From positions 1-64,000 of the IMG/VR virus record IMGVR_UViG_3300033121_002154: a stretch of DNA of 64,000 bases; one strand, 5' to 3'. The DNA comes from a virus (taxonomy: Duplodnaviria; Caudoviricetes). The notes beneath the pieces were generated by a model. That model searched no databases. It was not told the origin of the DNA and was given only the letters and a program-made list of their open reading frames with translations. Each line of letters begins with the position of its first letter. Position 1 is the first letter of the stretch. The translations under genes were made by a program, and so were the position numbers. Below, piece after piece: positions 30,123-38,959 of this stretch.

Positions 30123-31111
30123 AATTAACTAAAATTATAAATGAATCAAATTTAATTAATATTCCAAGACAAATGCTTGGTGGAACTTTTGCATTTATTA
30201 AAGCCAGATTTTTGACAATTTCTTATAAATATTCTATTGAATATCAAAAAGCTATTAATATAGAATATAAAAGAAAATCAAATTATGGAATTAAACAGAT
30301 AAATCAAGAATTTAAAAAATTAGGTTTATTAACTTTAGAAAATAATAATGCAAAAGAATTTGAATTTTCTCATATGATATTTCCATTAAATTATCAAAAA
30401 AGATTAGAAAATATTAGCCCTTTAAAGTTACTTGTTATAACTTTTACAAAACTTTCACCAAAAGGGTATTATGTAAATGATAATATTGGTATTAAAATTG
30501 ATCAAGTAATAAGAATAACTGTAGATAAAAATAAACATATTATGAGAAATCTTACTTATAGAGAATTTAATTTAAAAAAGACACATCAATATTCAATAAG
30601 TTTTTTTGAAAGAGATGCATTTACTTATTTAAAATCATTAAGTGAAACTCTTGAACATGAACTTACACATTTTATTGACTATAAATTAAGAAAAGCACAA
30701 AAAATTAGTAATATTGAAAAAGTTAGTGTTGACGCTAAAGATTTTATGGATTTTAATGTTGAAAAATATTTTCAATCAAAAACTGAATACAAAACTCAAT
30801 TATTAACATCTTATAGAGGATTGATAAAATATTATGCTCATTATAAGATAACATATGAAAATTTATTTTCAGCATTTCAAGGTTTTCAGAATTCTATTAT
30901 TTTACCACATTGGAGTATATATTTAATATATAATGCCATATATCCACAGAAAATTGAAAAGATTTTAAAAACTATCTTAAATACTTTTTATAAGACCGGG
31001 AGATTATTAAGAGATAATAAGAAAGAAAAAATTTACATGAAAAAATATATTAAAATTTTATTATCATATAATAAATTACTTAAAAAACAGAGAAATGACA
31101 AAACAACTTAA
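30119..31111 (+). CDS. leader-bearing zincin-like (HExxH) protein
   Basis: MKLTKIINES; LEHELTHFID...YFQSKTE. Confidence 0.6.
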   Translation: MKLTKIINESNLINIPRQMLGGTFAFIKARFLTISYKYSIEYQKAINIEYKRKSNYGIKQINQEFKKLGLLTLENNNAKEFEFSHMIFPLNYQKRLENISPLKLLVITFTKLSPKGYYVNDNIGIKIDQVIRITVDKNKHIMRNLTYREFNLKKTHQYSISFFERDAFTYLKSLSETLEHELTHFIDYKLRKAQKISNIEKVSVDAKDFMDFNVEKYFQSKTEYKTQLLTSYRGLIKYYAHYKITYENLFSAFQGFQNSIILPHWSIYLIYNAIYPQKIEKILKTILNTFYKTGRLLRDNKKEKIYMKKYIKILLSYNKLLKKQRNDKTT

Positions 31112-32291
31112 AAAATATATATTAGAAATTATCAATGAACAGTTTAATGAAAAAAGAATAATAAGTTCAACAGAAATTGCATATTTAAATAATTTCATTG
31201 ATATAATGAAAAGAATTTATGAATTAACTAAATCTTCTGATTTAAATGATTATAATCAATTTTTAATTTTTATTCAAAAAAATGTTCAAGCTTATCCATT
31301 TCTAAACAAGGTAAAAAATATAATTAGTGATATTAAAAGAAAAGTTGCAAATTCTAAAACAGCTTCATCTAATTTAGATAAAAACGCAGAAATAATTATG
31401 AATTATCAGAGACAACTGGATTCATTTTTTGATAATTTAAAAAACAATAATTTAAGTCAATTAAATTCAGCATATGTAATAGCTCAAAAAATAAATCAAG
31501 TATTTAGTAAAGCAAAAATTGGAATGAGATATACTGACTTTGGTGAATATTCTAAATCAATTAAAGATATTTTTCAAATGAGCTCGATGGCAAATGCATT
31601 CTTTAGCGGTGGTAAAATTTCTCAATATATTGACGGATTTGATAAAAAAGATTGGGAAAATTTAATCAATTTAAAAATAAAATCCGGGAAAACAAATTTA
31701 TCACAACTTAAAAAATCAAGTGATTATACATATTACATTTATTTTATAAATTCATTAGATAAAGAAATTGAAGATTCTGAGATAGAAAGACAAATTAAGT
31801 TTAATTTTGAAGATGATCCACAATACAAAAATTTAGATAAATTAGTTAATGATTATCAACATTCAAATAATAAAAAATTAATTCCTGAAATATTAAAAGA
31901 AATGAATAAATTTCCTCAATTAATTAAATATCATGAAAAACTAAAGAAACAACATACAGAATTATATAGAGGAATTCCTGTGAATGTTGATGAAAATGGT
32001 GTAAAAGAATATTCAATAGAACAAATAAAAAAGAAAGAAAAATCTCAACAATTTATTGCTACATCTAATTCTGATTATTCCGCTAAAAACTTTGCAAAAT
32101 CAAAAGGGCATTTAGAATCTGTTGGCAGAACATCCGGATATCTTTTAACATATAATGTTACAAATCCAAAAGCTGTTGTATTAGATTTTAAAATTTTTGG
32201 TAGTTTATTTTATGAAAATGAAATTTTAATTAATCCAAAATATGCAGTTCTTACAAACTATGAATATATTGATAAAGGGTATGAAGAATGA
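31095..32291 (+). CDS. leader-bearing protein with C-terminal ADP-ribosyltransferase (R-S-E)
   Basis: IINEQ leader; LYRGI...IATSNS..AKNFA...ENEILI. Confidence 0.6.
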   Translation: MTKQLKKYILEIINEQFNEKRIISSTEIAYLNNFIDIMKRIYELTKSSDLNDYNQFLIFIQKNVQAYPFLNKVKNIISDIKRKVANSKTASSNLDKNAEIIMNYQRQLDSFFDNLKNNNLSQLNSAYVIAQKINQVFSKAKIGMRYTDFGEYSKSIKDIFQMSSMANAFFSGGKISQYIDGFDKKDWENLINLKIKSGKTNLSQLKKSSDYTYYIYFINSLDKEIEDSEIERQIKFNFEDDPQYKNLDKLVNDYQHSNNKKLIPEILKEMNKFPQLIKYHEKLKKQHTELYRGIPVNVDENGVKEYSIEQIKKKEKSQQFIATSNSDYSAKNFAKSKGHLESVGRTSGYLLTYNVTNPKAVVLDFKIFGSLFYENEILINPKYAVLTNYEYIDKGYEE

Positions 32292-32616
32292 AAAATGAAT
32301 TATATTTTTCCAGCAGAGCAATAAAAATTTACTCTGATGAACCTAATGAATATAGTATTAATAATTTTGATTTAAGAACTTTGATTATTGATAACAGTAA
32401 TAATAGAAAAAAATGTATAGTAGAACTTGCAGAATTACAAAAAGAATTACAAAAAGAATTTAATAAAGTTTCTGAAATTTTTTCAAGTTATACAAAAACA
32501 CTTGTTTCAAAATATGAAGTAGAAGCTGATAAAATTTTAAAAAAATATGAGTAAACAATCATTACAAGTTATGAATATATTGATAAAGGGTATGAAGAAT
32601 GAAAAATGAATTATAT
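32259..32616 (+). repeat. 47-bp perfect direct repeat (32259-32305 and 32570-32616) marking a tandem gene duplication
   Basis: tatgaatatattgataaagggtatgaagaatgaaaaatgaattatat occurs twice; near-identical aaaat(t/c)ttaaaaaaatatgagtaaacaa at 32531 and 32863. Confidence 0.9.
32288..32554 (+). CDS. small helical protein, paralog family (1 of 4)
   Basis: MKNELY; C-terminal L.K...K...I...Y.K pattern shared with the next three genes. Confidence 0.65.
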   Translation: MKNELYFSSRAIKIYSDEPNEYSINNFDLRTLIIDNSNNRKKCIVELAELQKELQKEFNKVSEIFSSYTKTLVSKYEVEADKILKKYE

Positions 32617-32886
32617 ATTTTTAATGGAATAATAAAATTTTATTTAGATGATGATAGCAGAGATAGCTATTTTGTTGGTTCATATGACAGTGATGATTTT
32701 CAAAAAAAAATCTGGAAAGAAATAAAAACTAATAATAAAGAAAAGGCTCTTTCTGAATATGACAGTTTGAAAAGCAGTTTACATAAAGAATATAGTAAAG
32801 TTGCAGAAATTTTTGCAAATTATATTAAAACAATTGTTATAAAGCATGATGTTGAAGGAAATAAAATCTTAAAAAAATATGAGTAA
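32599..32886 (+). CDS. small helical protein, paralog family (2 of 4)
   Basis: MKNELY...KILKKYE as in 32288. Confidence 0.65.
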   Translation: MKNELYIFNGIIKFYLDDDSRDSYFVGSYDSDDFQKKIWKEIKTNNKEKALSEYDSLKSSLHKEYSKVAEIFANYIKTIVIKHDVEGNKILKKYE

Positions 32887-33145
32887 ACAAACATTTGACG
32901 GATTAATTATCAATGGGAGGTCTGATATAAAACTTGATTTTATTGATAAAAATATTAGAAATGTAATAAGAACAAGAAAATATAACATTTTAGATAATGA
33001 TAGAAGACATAAAATTGATGAAGAAATTTATAATATTGAAATCGAACTTGATAAAAAACTTCAAAAAATAGATTTTATATATGAATCTTATATTAAAACA
33101 CTTTTTTCAGAATATAAATTAAGAATTGAACAAGCATTTAAATAA
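32879..33145 (+). CDS. small helical protein, paralog family (3 of 4)
   Basis: LIINGRSD..DFID...FIYESYIK, close to 33166. Confidence 0.65.
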   Translation: MSKQTFDGLIINGRSDIKLDFIDKNIRNVIRTRKYNILDNDRRHKIDEEIYNIEIELDKKLQKIDFIYESYIKTLFSEYKLRIEQAFK

Positions 33146-33165
33146 TAAATTTAAAAAATAAAAAT

Positions 33166-33435
33166 ATGAATGGAGCACAATTTAGAAGTTTAATAGTTAA
33201 TAGAAGACCAGATATGGATTTTGATTTTGTAGATACAAATTTAATAGATTCAATGCATGAAATGACTTGGGATATTGATGATAAAGTTAAAAAAGAAAAA
33301 ATTCAAAATGAATTATATGAAATTCAAAAGCAACTTTCAAATAAACTTGAAAAAGTAAATTTTATTTATCAGTCTTTTATAAAAGCATTAATTACTGAAT
33401 ATAAACAAAAGGGTGAAAAAGCTTTAAAACAATGA
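33166..33435 (+). CDS. small helical protein, paralog family (4 of 4)
   Basis: LIVNRRPD..DFVD...FIYQSFIK. Confidence 0.65.
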   Translation: MNGAQFRSLIVNRRPDMDFDFVDTNLIDSMHEMTWDIDDKVKKEKIQNELYEIQKQLSNKLEKVNFIYQSFIKALITEYKQKGEKALKQ

Positions 33436-34892
33436 AAAAATTGAAAAAACTTCTTGATATAATTAATGAAAATAATGCAAAAAATGCTTATAATTTAATA
33501 AAAAATATTATTAAAAATACTAAGTGGGATAATAGAATTTTTGCAGCAGGCGGATATGTTAGAGATGAACTTTTAAAAAATACATCAAAAGATTTAGATA
33601 TTGTTGTAAATGCAGATAATGGCGGAATTGAATTTGCAGAATGGTTAGCAAAAAAACTTAAAATATATAAGGCAAATTCAAATCCAGTAGTCTTCAAAAA
33701 TTTTGGAACAGCTAAATTATCACTTAAAGGTATAAAATATAATGGTTATGATTTATCAGATTTTGAAGTAGAATTTGTTATGCCAAGAGGAGAAAAATAT
33801 ACGATTGGTTCAAGAAAACCAGAAGTTTATAAGAGTGATTTAAAACAAGATGCTTTACGAAGAGATTTAACTGTAAATTCTCTTTTTAAAAATTTGACAA
33901 ATGATGAAATATTAGATTTAACAGGAAAAGGAATAACTGATTTAAAATTCGGTATAGCAAGAACTCCATTAAATAATCCCGATGAGACATTCAAAGACGA
34001 CCCACTTAGGATGCTTAGGTTAATAAGATTTTCTTGTAAATACGGCTGGAAATTACCAAGATTTATGTTATTGGCTTTAAAGAAAAATGCACAAATGATT
34101 CAGCATATTAGTAAAGAAAGAGTTAGAGATGAATTTGATAAAATTTTAATTTCACCCAATCCAGATAAAGGAATTAGATTGATTCAGTGGACGGGATTAA
34201 GTAAATGGATATTACCAGAATGGGATTCGTTAGTAGGATTAACTCAAAATAAATATCATAATCAAACTGTTGATAGACATATTTTAAGTGTTGTAAAAAA
34301 TGTTCCAAGTCATTTAATAGCAAGATTAATTGCTGCATTTCATGATATTGGAAAAGCAGACACAAAAAGTGTTATTGATGGAGAAGTTCATTTTTATTTA
34401 CATGAAGACATTGGTGCTGATATTGCAGAAAAAATTATGAAAAGATTAAAATATCCTATTGATATAATTAATGCAGTCAAATTAGGAATTAAAAATCATA
34501 TGAGATTAAAAGGCTCAGGAAATGAAGGTGAGATAATTTCTGATAAAGCTTTAAGAAAATTAAAATTTGAATTGGGAGAACATCTTGAAAATATTCTTGA
34601 TGTCATGCATGCTGATAATATTTCTCATTCAGATGAACATAGTATGCCAAATCAGATTCCGGGTATAAGAAAAAGATTATCATCATTAAGTGATATACCA
34701 AAAAATCAGCATATTAAATTACCAGTGTCTGGAAATGATTTAATTATTATTTTTGGAGTAAGACCTGGGCCAATTATGAAAGAAATTTTGAAAGCAGTTG
34801 AAGATGAATTCTTTAACAATCCAGATATGACAAGAGAAGAAGCATTACAAATAGTAAAAAATTTCATAGATGAATATAAATTTAAAAAATGA
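33432..34892 (+). CDS. cca: class II tRNA nucleotidyltransferase (CCA-adding enzyme) with HD domain and leader
   Basis: AGGYVRDELL..DLD, DALRRDLTVNS, DDPLRMLR, ISKERVRDE, FHDIGK; N-terminal MKKLKKLLDIINEN. Confidence 0.9.
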   Translation: MKKLKKLLDIINENNAKNAYNLIKNIIKNTKWDNRIFAAGGYVRDELLKNTSKDLDIVVNADNGGIEFAEWLAKKLKIYKANSNPVVFKNFGTAKLSLKGIKYNGYDLSDFEVEFVMPRGEKYTIGSRKPEVYKSDLKQDALRRDLTVNSLFKNLTNDEILDLTGKGITDLKFGIARTPLNNPDETFKDDPLRMLRLIRFSCKYGWKLPRFMLLALKKNAQMIQHISKERVRDEFDKILISPNPDKGIRLIQWTGLSKWILPEWDSLVGLTQNKYHNQTVDRHILSVVKNVPSHLIARLIAAFHDIGKADTKSVIDGEVHFYLHEDIGADIAEKIMKRLKYPIDIINAVKLGIKNHMRLKGSGNEGEIISDKALRKLKFELGEHLENILDVMHADNISHSDEHSMPNQIPGIRKRLSSLSDIPKNQHIKLPVSGNDLIIIFGVRPGPIMKEILKAVEDEFFNNPDMTREEALQIVKNFIDEYKFKK

Positions 34893-35740
34893 AAAACTTA
34901 AAAAATTTAATTAAAGAATCATTTGCATTTTATGGTTCTTCAGAAAATCAAAAAAGTGCAATTAGAACCATTGAATCATGGCTTAAAAGAATAAATATGA
35001 AAATTATAGGAGCATCACAATTTGGTGAACATGGAACAGTATCACTTGATTTAACAAAAAAGTATTCAGGAGAAATTTATGTTGGTGAAAATGGTTTTGG
35101 AGATAGCAAAGCCGATAGATCTTTCAAGGGTGGATATGGTCGTTTCGGGGGAAGCGTAGAAGTAAACGGAATCCCTATTCCAAATGAAAAAAGTTTTAAT
35201 GAATTTAAAAAAGCTATTTTGGAATCTTTAGTAATTCAAAATGAATACAAAAAAATGAAATCATTATCATTAATACAAATATTAGAAACATATTATCATG
35301 GTCGAAGAGGAAAAATTATATTTGATGAAGATAAACCCATGTTTTTTGCCAAAGATAAAGAAACAGCTGATTGGTATTCTGATGCTCGGGGAAAAGGAGA
35401 ATCAAATATTCTTGAAACTGATTTAGATATTAAAAAACCTTTTAAATTATACTCGAAGAAAGATGCCTTTAAATTTATAGAAATAATTAAAAGGGCAGGA
35501 TTTGATATAGTCATTGACTATAAAAAAGTAGGATGGGATATACCACAAAAATATACTCAACCTGTTAGAGATCATTCACCTTATGATGGAGAAAATTTAA
35601 TTGATTGGATATATGTTCCTAAAGTAAAAGATCAATTAAAAAAAGAAGGATATGATGGGATATTAGCATATGATATTCTTGGAAATAAAGAAATTGAAAT
35701 TGCCATTCCATTTTTTAAAAGACAAATAAAAAATTTATAA
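34889..35740 (+). CDS. two-domain protein with C-terminal ART-PolyVal-like domain
   Basis: MKNLKNLIKES leader; internal MKSLSLIQILE/T then YYHG..MFFAKDKETA..Y...EGYDGI. Confidence 0.6.
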   Translation: MKNLKNLIKESFAFYGSSENQKSAIRTIESWLKRINMKIIGASQFGEHGTVSLDLTKKYSGEIYVGENGFGDSKADRSFKGGYGRFGGSVEVNGIPIPNEKSFNEFKKAILESLVIQNEYKKMKSLSLIQILETYYHGRRGKIIFDEDKPMFFAKDKETADWYSDARGKGESNILETDLDIKKPFKLYSKKDAFKFIEIIKRAGFDIVIDYKKVGWDIPQKYTQPVRDHSPYDGENLIDWIYVPKVKDQLKKEGYDGILAYDILGNKEIEIAIPFFKRQIKNL

Positions 35741-35742
35741 AA

Positions 35743-36390
35743 ATGAAATTAAACATTATAATTGAGAATATTAATAAGCATAATTTATTTTTAGACATTA
35801 TTTTAAAAAAAGCTAATGATTCTGGAATTAATATTAATAGTGCTAAATTAATATCAAAATCAAATAAAACATTTTCATTGGAGATTATTATCAGGAGAGA
35901 AATTGATGCCAAACCTAATGAATTAAATAAAATTGAATTATTTAAAAAGTGGTTTTATGCACTTCTTAATAAAAACAAATATTTTATAGAAGATAATAAT
36001 GAGTGGCTTACTGATACTGGTTTTCATGATGATTTATTTAGATTTGAAAAAAATAATGATGTTGCAATAAAAAAATTACCAAAATTTATTTATCATTTTA
36101 CAACAGAAGAAAATTTAAAATCAATTCTTACTCATGGCTTAATTCCAAAAGCAAATAATAAAATTGAAAATCATCCGAAAAGAATTTTTTGTTTAACAAC
36201 AAAAAATAAAAAGTGGACATTTGAACAAAGTCTTTTATATCATTCTAAAACAAACTTCAATCATTTACGATTAATAAAAATTGATACATCAAAAATTAAT
36301 AATAAATTTTATTTAGACAATGATACAGTCGATGGAATATACACAAATACAAAAATTAATCCTATTGCATTGACATTAGCACATTTATAA
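35743..36390 (+). CDS. ART-fold (Tpt1/KptA/DUF952-like) protein with leader
   Basis: IYHFTTEENLKSILTHGLIP..RIF..LIKID..FYLD..GIYT. Confidence 0.6.
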   Translation: MKLNIIIENINKHNLFLDIILKKANDSGININSAKLISKSNKTFSLEIIIRREIDAKPNELNKIELFKKWFYALLNKNKYFIEDNNEWLTDTGFHDDLFRFEKNNDVAIKKLPKFIYHFTTEENLKSILTHGLIPKANNKIENHPKRIFCLTTKNKKWTFEQSLLYHSKTNFNHLRLIKIDTSKINNKFYLDNDTVDGIYTNTKINPIALTLAHL

Positions 36391-36403
36391 AAAGTTTTAT
36401 AAA

Positions 36404-36823
36404 ATGAAATTAATCAAAATTCTTGAAAATTTAGATATTAGAGCTTATCCAAAGAAATTATATCACATTACTTTTGTAAATAATTGGAATAATGGAATTT
36501 TATGGGATGGTTTAATTCCTCAGAAAACTACTAGAACAATTCATGATAAAAAACCAAAAATTTATTTTATTGACACTGATTTTAGTTGGCAATATTTAGC
36601 AGATGATTTGGCGAAATATAATAAAGAAGATTATGCTTTATTATTAAAAGTTAATTTAAATAGTTTACCAAAAAATATTAAATTTTATGAAGATGAAGAT
36701 TCAAATGGATATTATACTTATTCAAAAATTCCTAAGTCTGCAATATCTCATGTAGGTTCTTATAAAATTAATAGAGAATTTGATATCAATCCTTTTAATG
36801 GGAAAAAAACTTATTATAAATGA
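36404..36823 (+). CDS. ART-fold (Tpt1/KptA/DUF952-like) protein with leader
   Basis: MKLIKILEN; LYHIT..GLIP..KIYF..LLKVN..FYED..GYYT..IP. Confidence 0.6.
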   Translation: MKLIKILENLDIRAYPKKLYHITFVNNWNNGILWDGLIPQKTTRTIHDKKPKIYFIDTDFSWQYLADDLAKYNKEDYALLLKVNLNSLPKNIKFYEDEDSNGYYTYSKIPKSAISHVGSYKINREFDINPFNGKKTYYK

Positions 36824-37659
36824 ACATAAAAAAATTACGAAATACTGTATTAAAAAGAAATCATATATACATAAAGTCAAAAATTCCACTAAATATTAGT
36901 AAGCTTAAAAATATAGCATCTGATGGATTTGTCGGTAATAAAAAATATTTTGAATTATTTTCTACAAGTTTTAAATACAATAAAATTTTTATGATGCCTT
37001 ATGATGATGTATTTAAATTTGATGCACATGATAATTATGATAATTATTTATATGAAATTATACTTAAATCTGAAAAAGTAAAACAAGATTTAATAAGTCG
37101 TAATGAAAATGGAGAACCTGAAATTATATTATATTTTTCAGATATTGCACATTTATCATTAGTTATTAGTGAAAAACAATTTGATAGATACAACAAAAAA
37201 AAATACAATAAAATTATAAATGATAAAATTTCTAGTGAACTTTTTCAAGTTCTGAAATCATATATGATGGGATATGGGGAAATGGAAAAGGAATATTATA
37301 ATTCTTTTCAAAAATTTAAATTAAATCGTAAATTAATTTTATTTAGAGGATTATCAATAGATATATATCATAAAAATTTTAAAAATTTTAAAAAAAATAA
37401 AATTATTAATTTAAATCTTTTACACTCGTCAAGCTGGACTACCAATCTTGTGGTTGCAAATGACTTTGCAGTAACAATGAGTGATAGATGTATCGGGATG
37501 ATTATCACAGCGACAATCTTTCCAAAAGATATTATAATTGATACAAGATTATTGCCCTCAGAAACATTAGATTCTTTATACACAGGAAATCAAAGAGAAA
37601 TTATTGTAAAACCAGGAAAATACAAAGGGAGAATTGTCTCAATAAATGAAAATTTATAA
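36820..37659 (+). CDS. putative ADP-ribosyltransferase, paralog of 21484
   Basis: LFRGLS...SSWTTNLVVA...DIIIDTRLL...NQREIIVKPG. Confidence 0.65.
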   Translation: MNIKKLRNTVLKRNHIYIKSKIPLNISKLKNIASDGFVGNKKYFELFSTSFKYNKIFMMPYDDVFKFDAHDNYDNYLYEIILKSEKVKQDLISRNENGEPEIILYFSDIAHLSLVISEKQFDRYNKKKYNKIINDKISSELFQVLKSYMMGYGEMEKEYYNSFQKFKLNRKLILFRGLSIDIYHKNFKNFKKNKIINLNLLHSSSWTTNLVVANDFAVTMSDRCIGMIITATIFPKDIIIDTRLLPSETLDSLYTGNQREIIVKPGKYKGRIVSINENL

Positions 37660-38485
37660 ATCATTATATCACATATTAGATTATGATAGTTTAGTATATG
37701 CATTGAAATGTAATTGCTTAAGGGGTAATCATTATGCCGGTCAGGTTTCATTGACAAAATCTAAAGATTTGAACTATTATATTGGCGCAAGATCTGGTTC
37801 ATTTATTAAACTTGAATTAGATGGCGTTTTGCTTGCAAAAGATTATGATTTAAAAAATTTTACATTTGTATCACATACAGGTATAAGATTTAGCGGGGAA
37901 AAAGAAGTTTTAATACAAGGTGAATTAAAAAATTTATCAAAATATTTAAAAAGAATAATTTTAATAAAAAGTGAAATTGAATCATTAAAAAATACAAATT
38001 GGTTTACTATCAAGGGTGTTAGAAATGGTGTTGGCCAAAGAAGTCTACCAAGTATAGTTAATTCTATATACAAAAAATTTAAAAATATTTTATATGTTCA
38101 AGATGATTCTGAAATTAAAAAAGATAATATTTATATAAAAAACTTAATCAATTATTCATTGAAGTCTGTATTTGATGGATATGCAATTTATTATCGTGGT
38201 TTTGAAAGAAAATATTCAGATAATTGGCATGGAATTATTAATAAAGAAATATGTTTACCAAATGATATAGCAAATCCGATTATAAATCAACTTGTTATTG
38301 GTTATGACTATGAAAATTTGAAATTATATAAAAATTTAGATGATTTAAATAAAAATATCAAATTAAAGAAAAATTTTAAAATATACTATTTTAAGTTTGA
38401 ATATGAATCAAAAGATATAAAAAAAGATTTTAAGAAATTTTGTTTAATTACTTCTGCAAGATTAATTGATATAGATTTATTATAA
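37646..38485 (+). CDS. possible ART-fold protein
   Basis: LYHI...VSLTKS...KLELDG...GEKEVLI. Confidence 0.45.
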   Translation: MKIYKSLYHILDYDSLVYALKCNCLRGNHYAGQVSLTKSKDLNYYIGARSGSFIKLELDGVLLAKDYDLKNFTFVSHTGIRFSGEKEVLIQGELKNLSKYLKRIILIKSEIESLKNTNWFTIKGVRNGVGQRSLPSIVNSIYKKFKNILYVQDDSEIKKDNIYIKNLINYSLKSVFDGYAIYYRGFERKYSDNWHGIINKEICLPNDIANPIINQLVIGYDYENLKLYKNLDDLNKNIKLKKNFKIYYFKFEYESKDIKKDFKKFCLITSARLIDIDLL

Positions 38486-38520
38486 AAAATTAGATTTTAT
38501 TAAAATAAAAAAATAAAAAA

Positions 38521-38958
38521 ATGAAATTAAATCAATTAAAACTTTTAATTAAAAAAGTGATAAAAGAATCAAAAGCTTCTGATGAAGCTCATAAAAAGGG
38601 ATTGGAAAGTGCTGGTTTTGGACATTGGAAAGACAAAAGTGGTAAGATAGTTGCCACAACTTCGGATGATAAACTTGTTTTTAATAAAAATAAAGATGAT
38701 AAAAAAGAAAAAAGTGAACAAAAAAATGATGAGGATTTATTTAAAGTTGATAAAGAAGATAGATTATATAATGAAGATTTAGATGATAATGGTAATGAAA
38801 TTTTAAATTATGCTTCAAAAAAATATCCAAAAGTTGACACAAATATTTTAAAAAAGAGAGTTGAAAGAATGATGAATGATGATTATTATATTGATGATGA
38901 TACTGGTTTTGTAGACAGAAAAAAGTTTAAAAATCGTTTAAATACTATATTTAAATAA
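38521..38958 (+). CDS. leader + AHKKGL module protein
   Basis: MKLNQLKLLIKKVIKES; ASDEAHKKGLESAGFGHWKDKSG nearly identical to the module in 24855. Confidence 0.7.
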   Translation: MKLNQLKLLIKKVIKESKASDEAHKKGLESAGFGHWKDKSGKIVATTSDDKLVFNKNKDDKKEKSEQKNDEDLFKVDKEDRLYNEDLDDNGNEILNYASKKYPKVDTNILKKRVERMMNDDYYIDDDTGFVDRKKFKNRLNTIFK

Positions 38959-38959
38959 A

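Noticed and set aside
32259-32890. Diversity-generating retroelement TR/VR pair
   Set aside because: The repeats are short and identical rather than adenine-variable; no reverse transcriptase in the window
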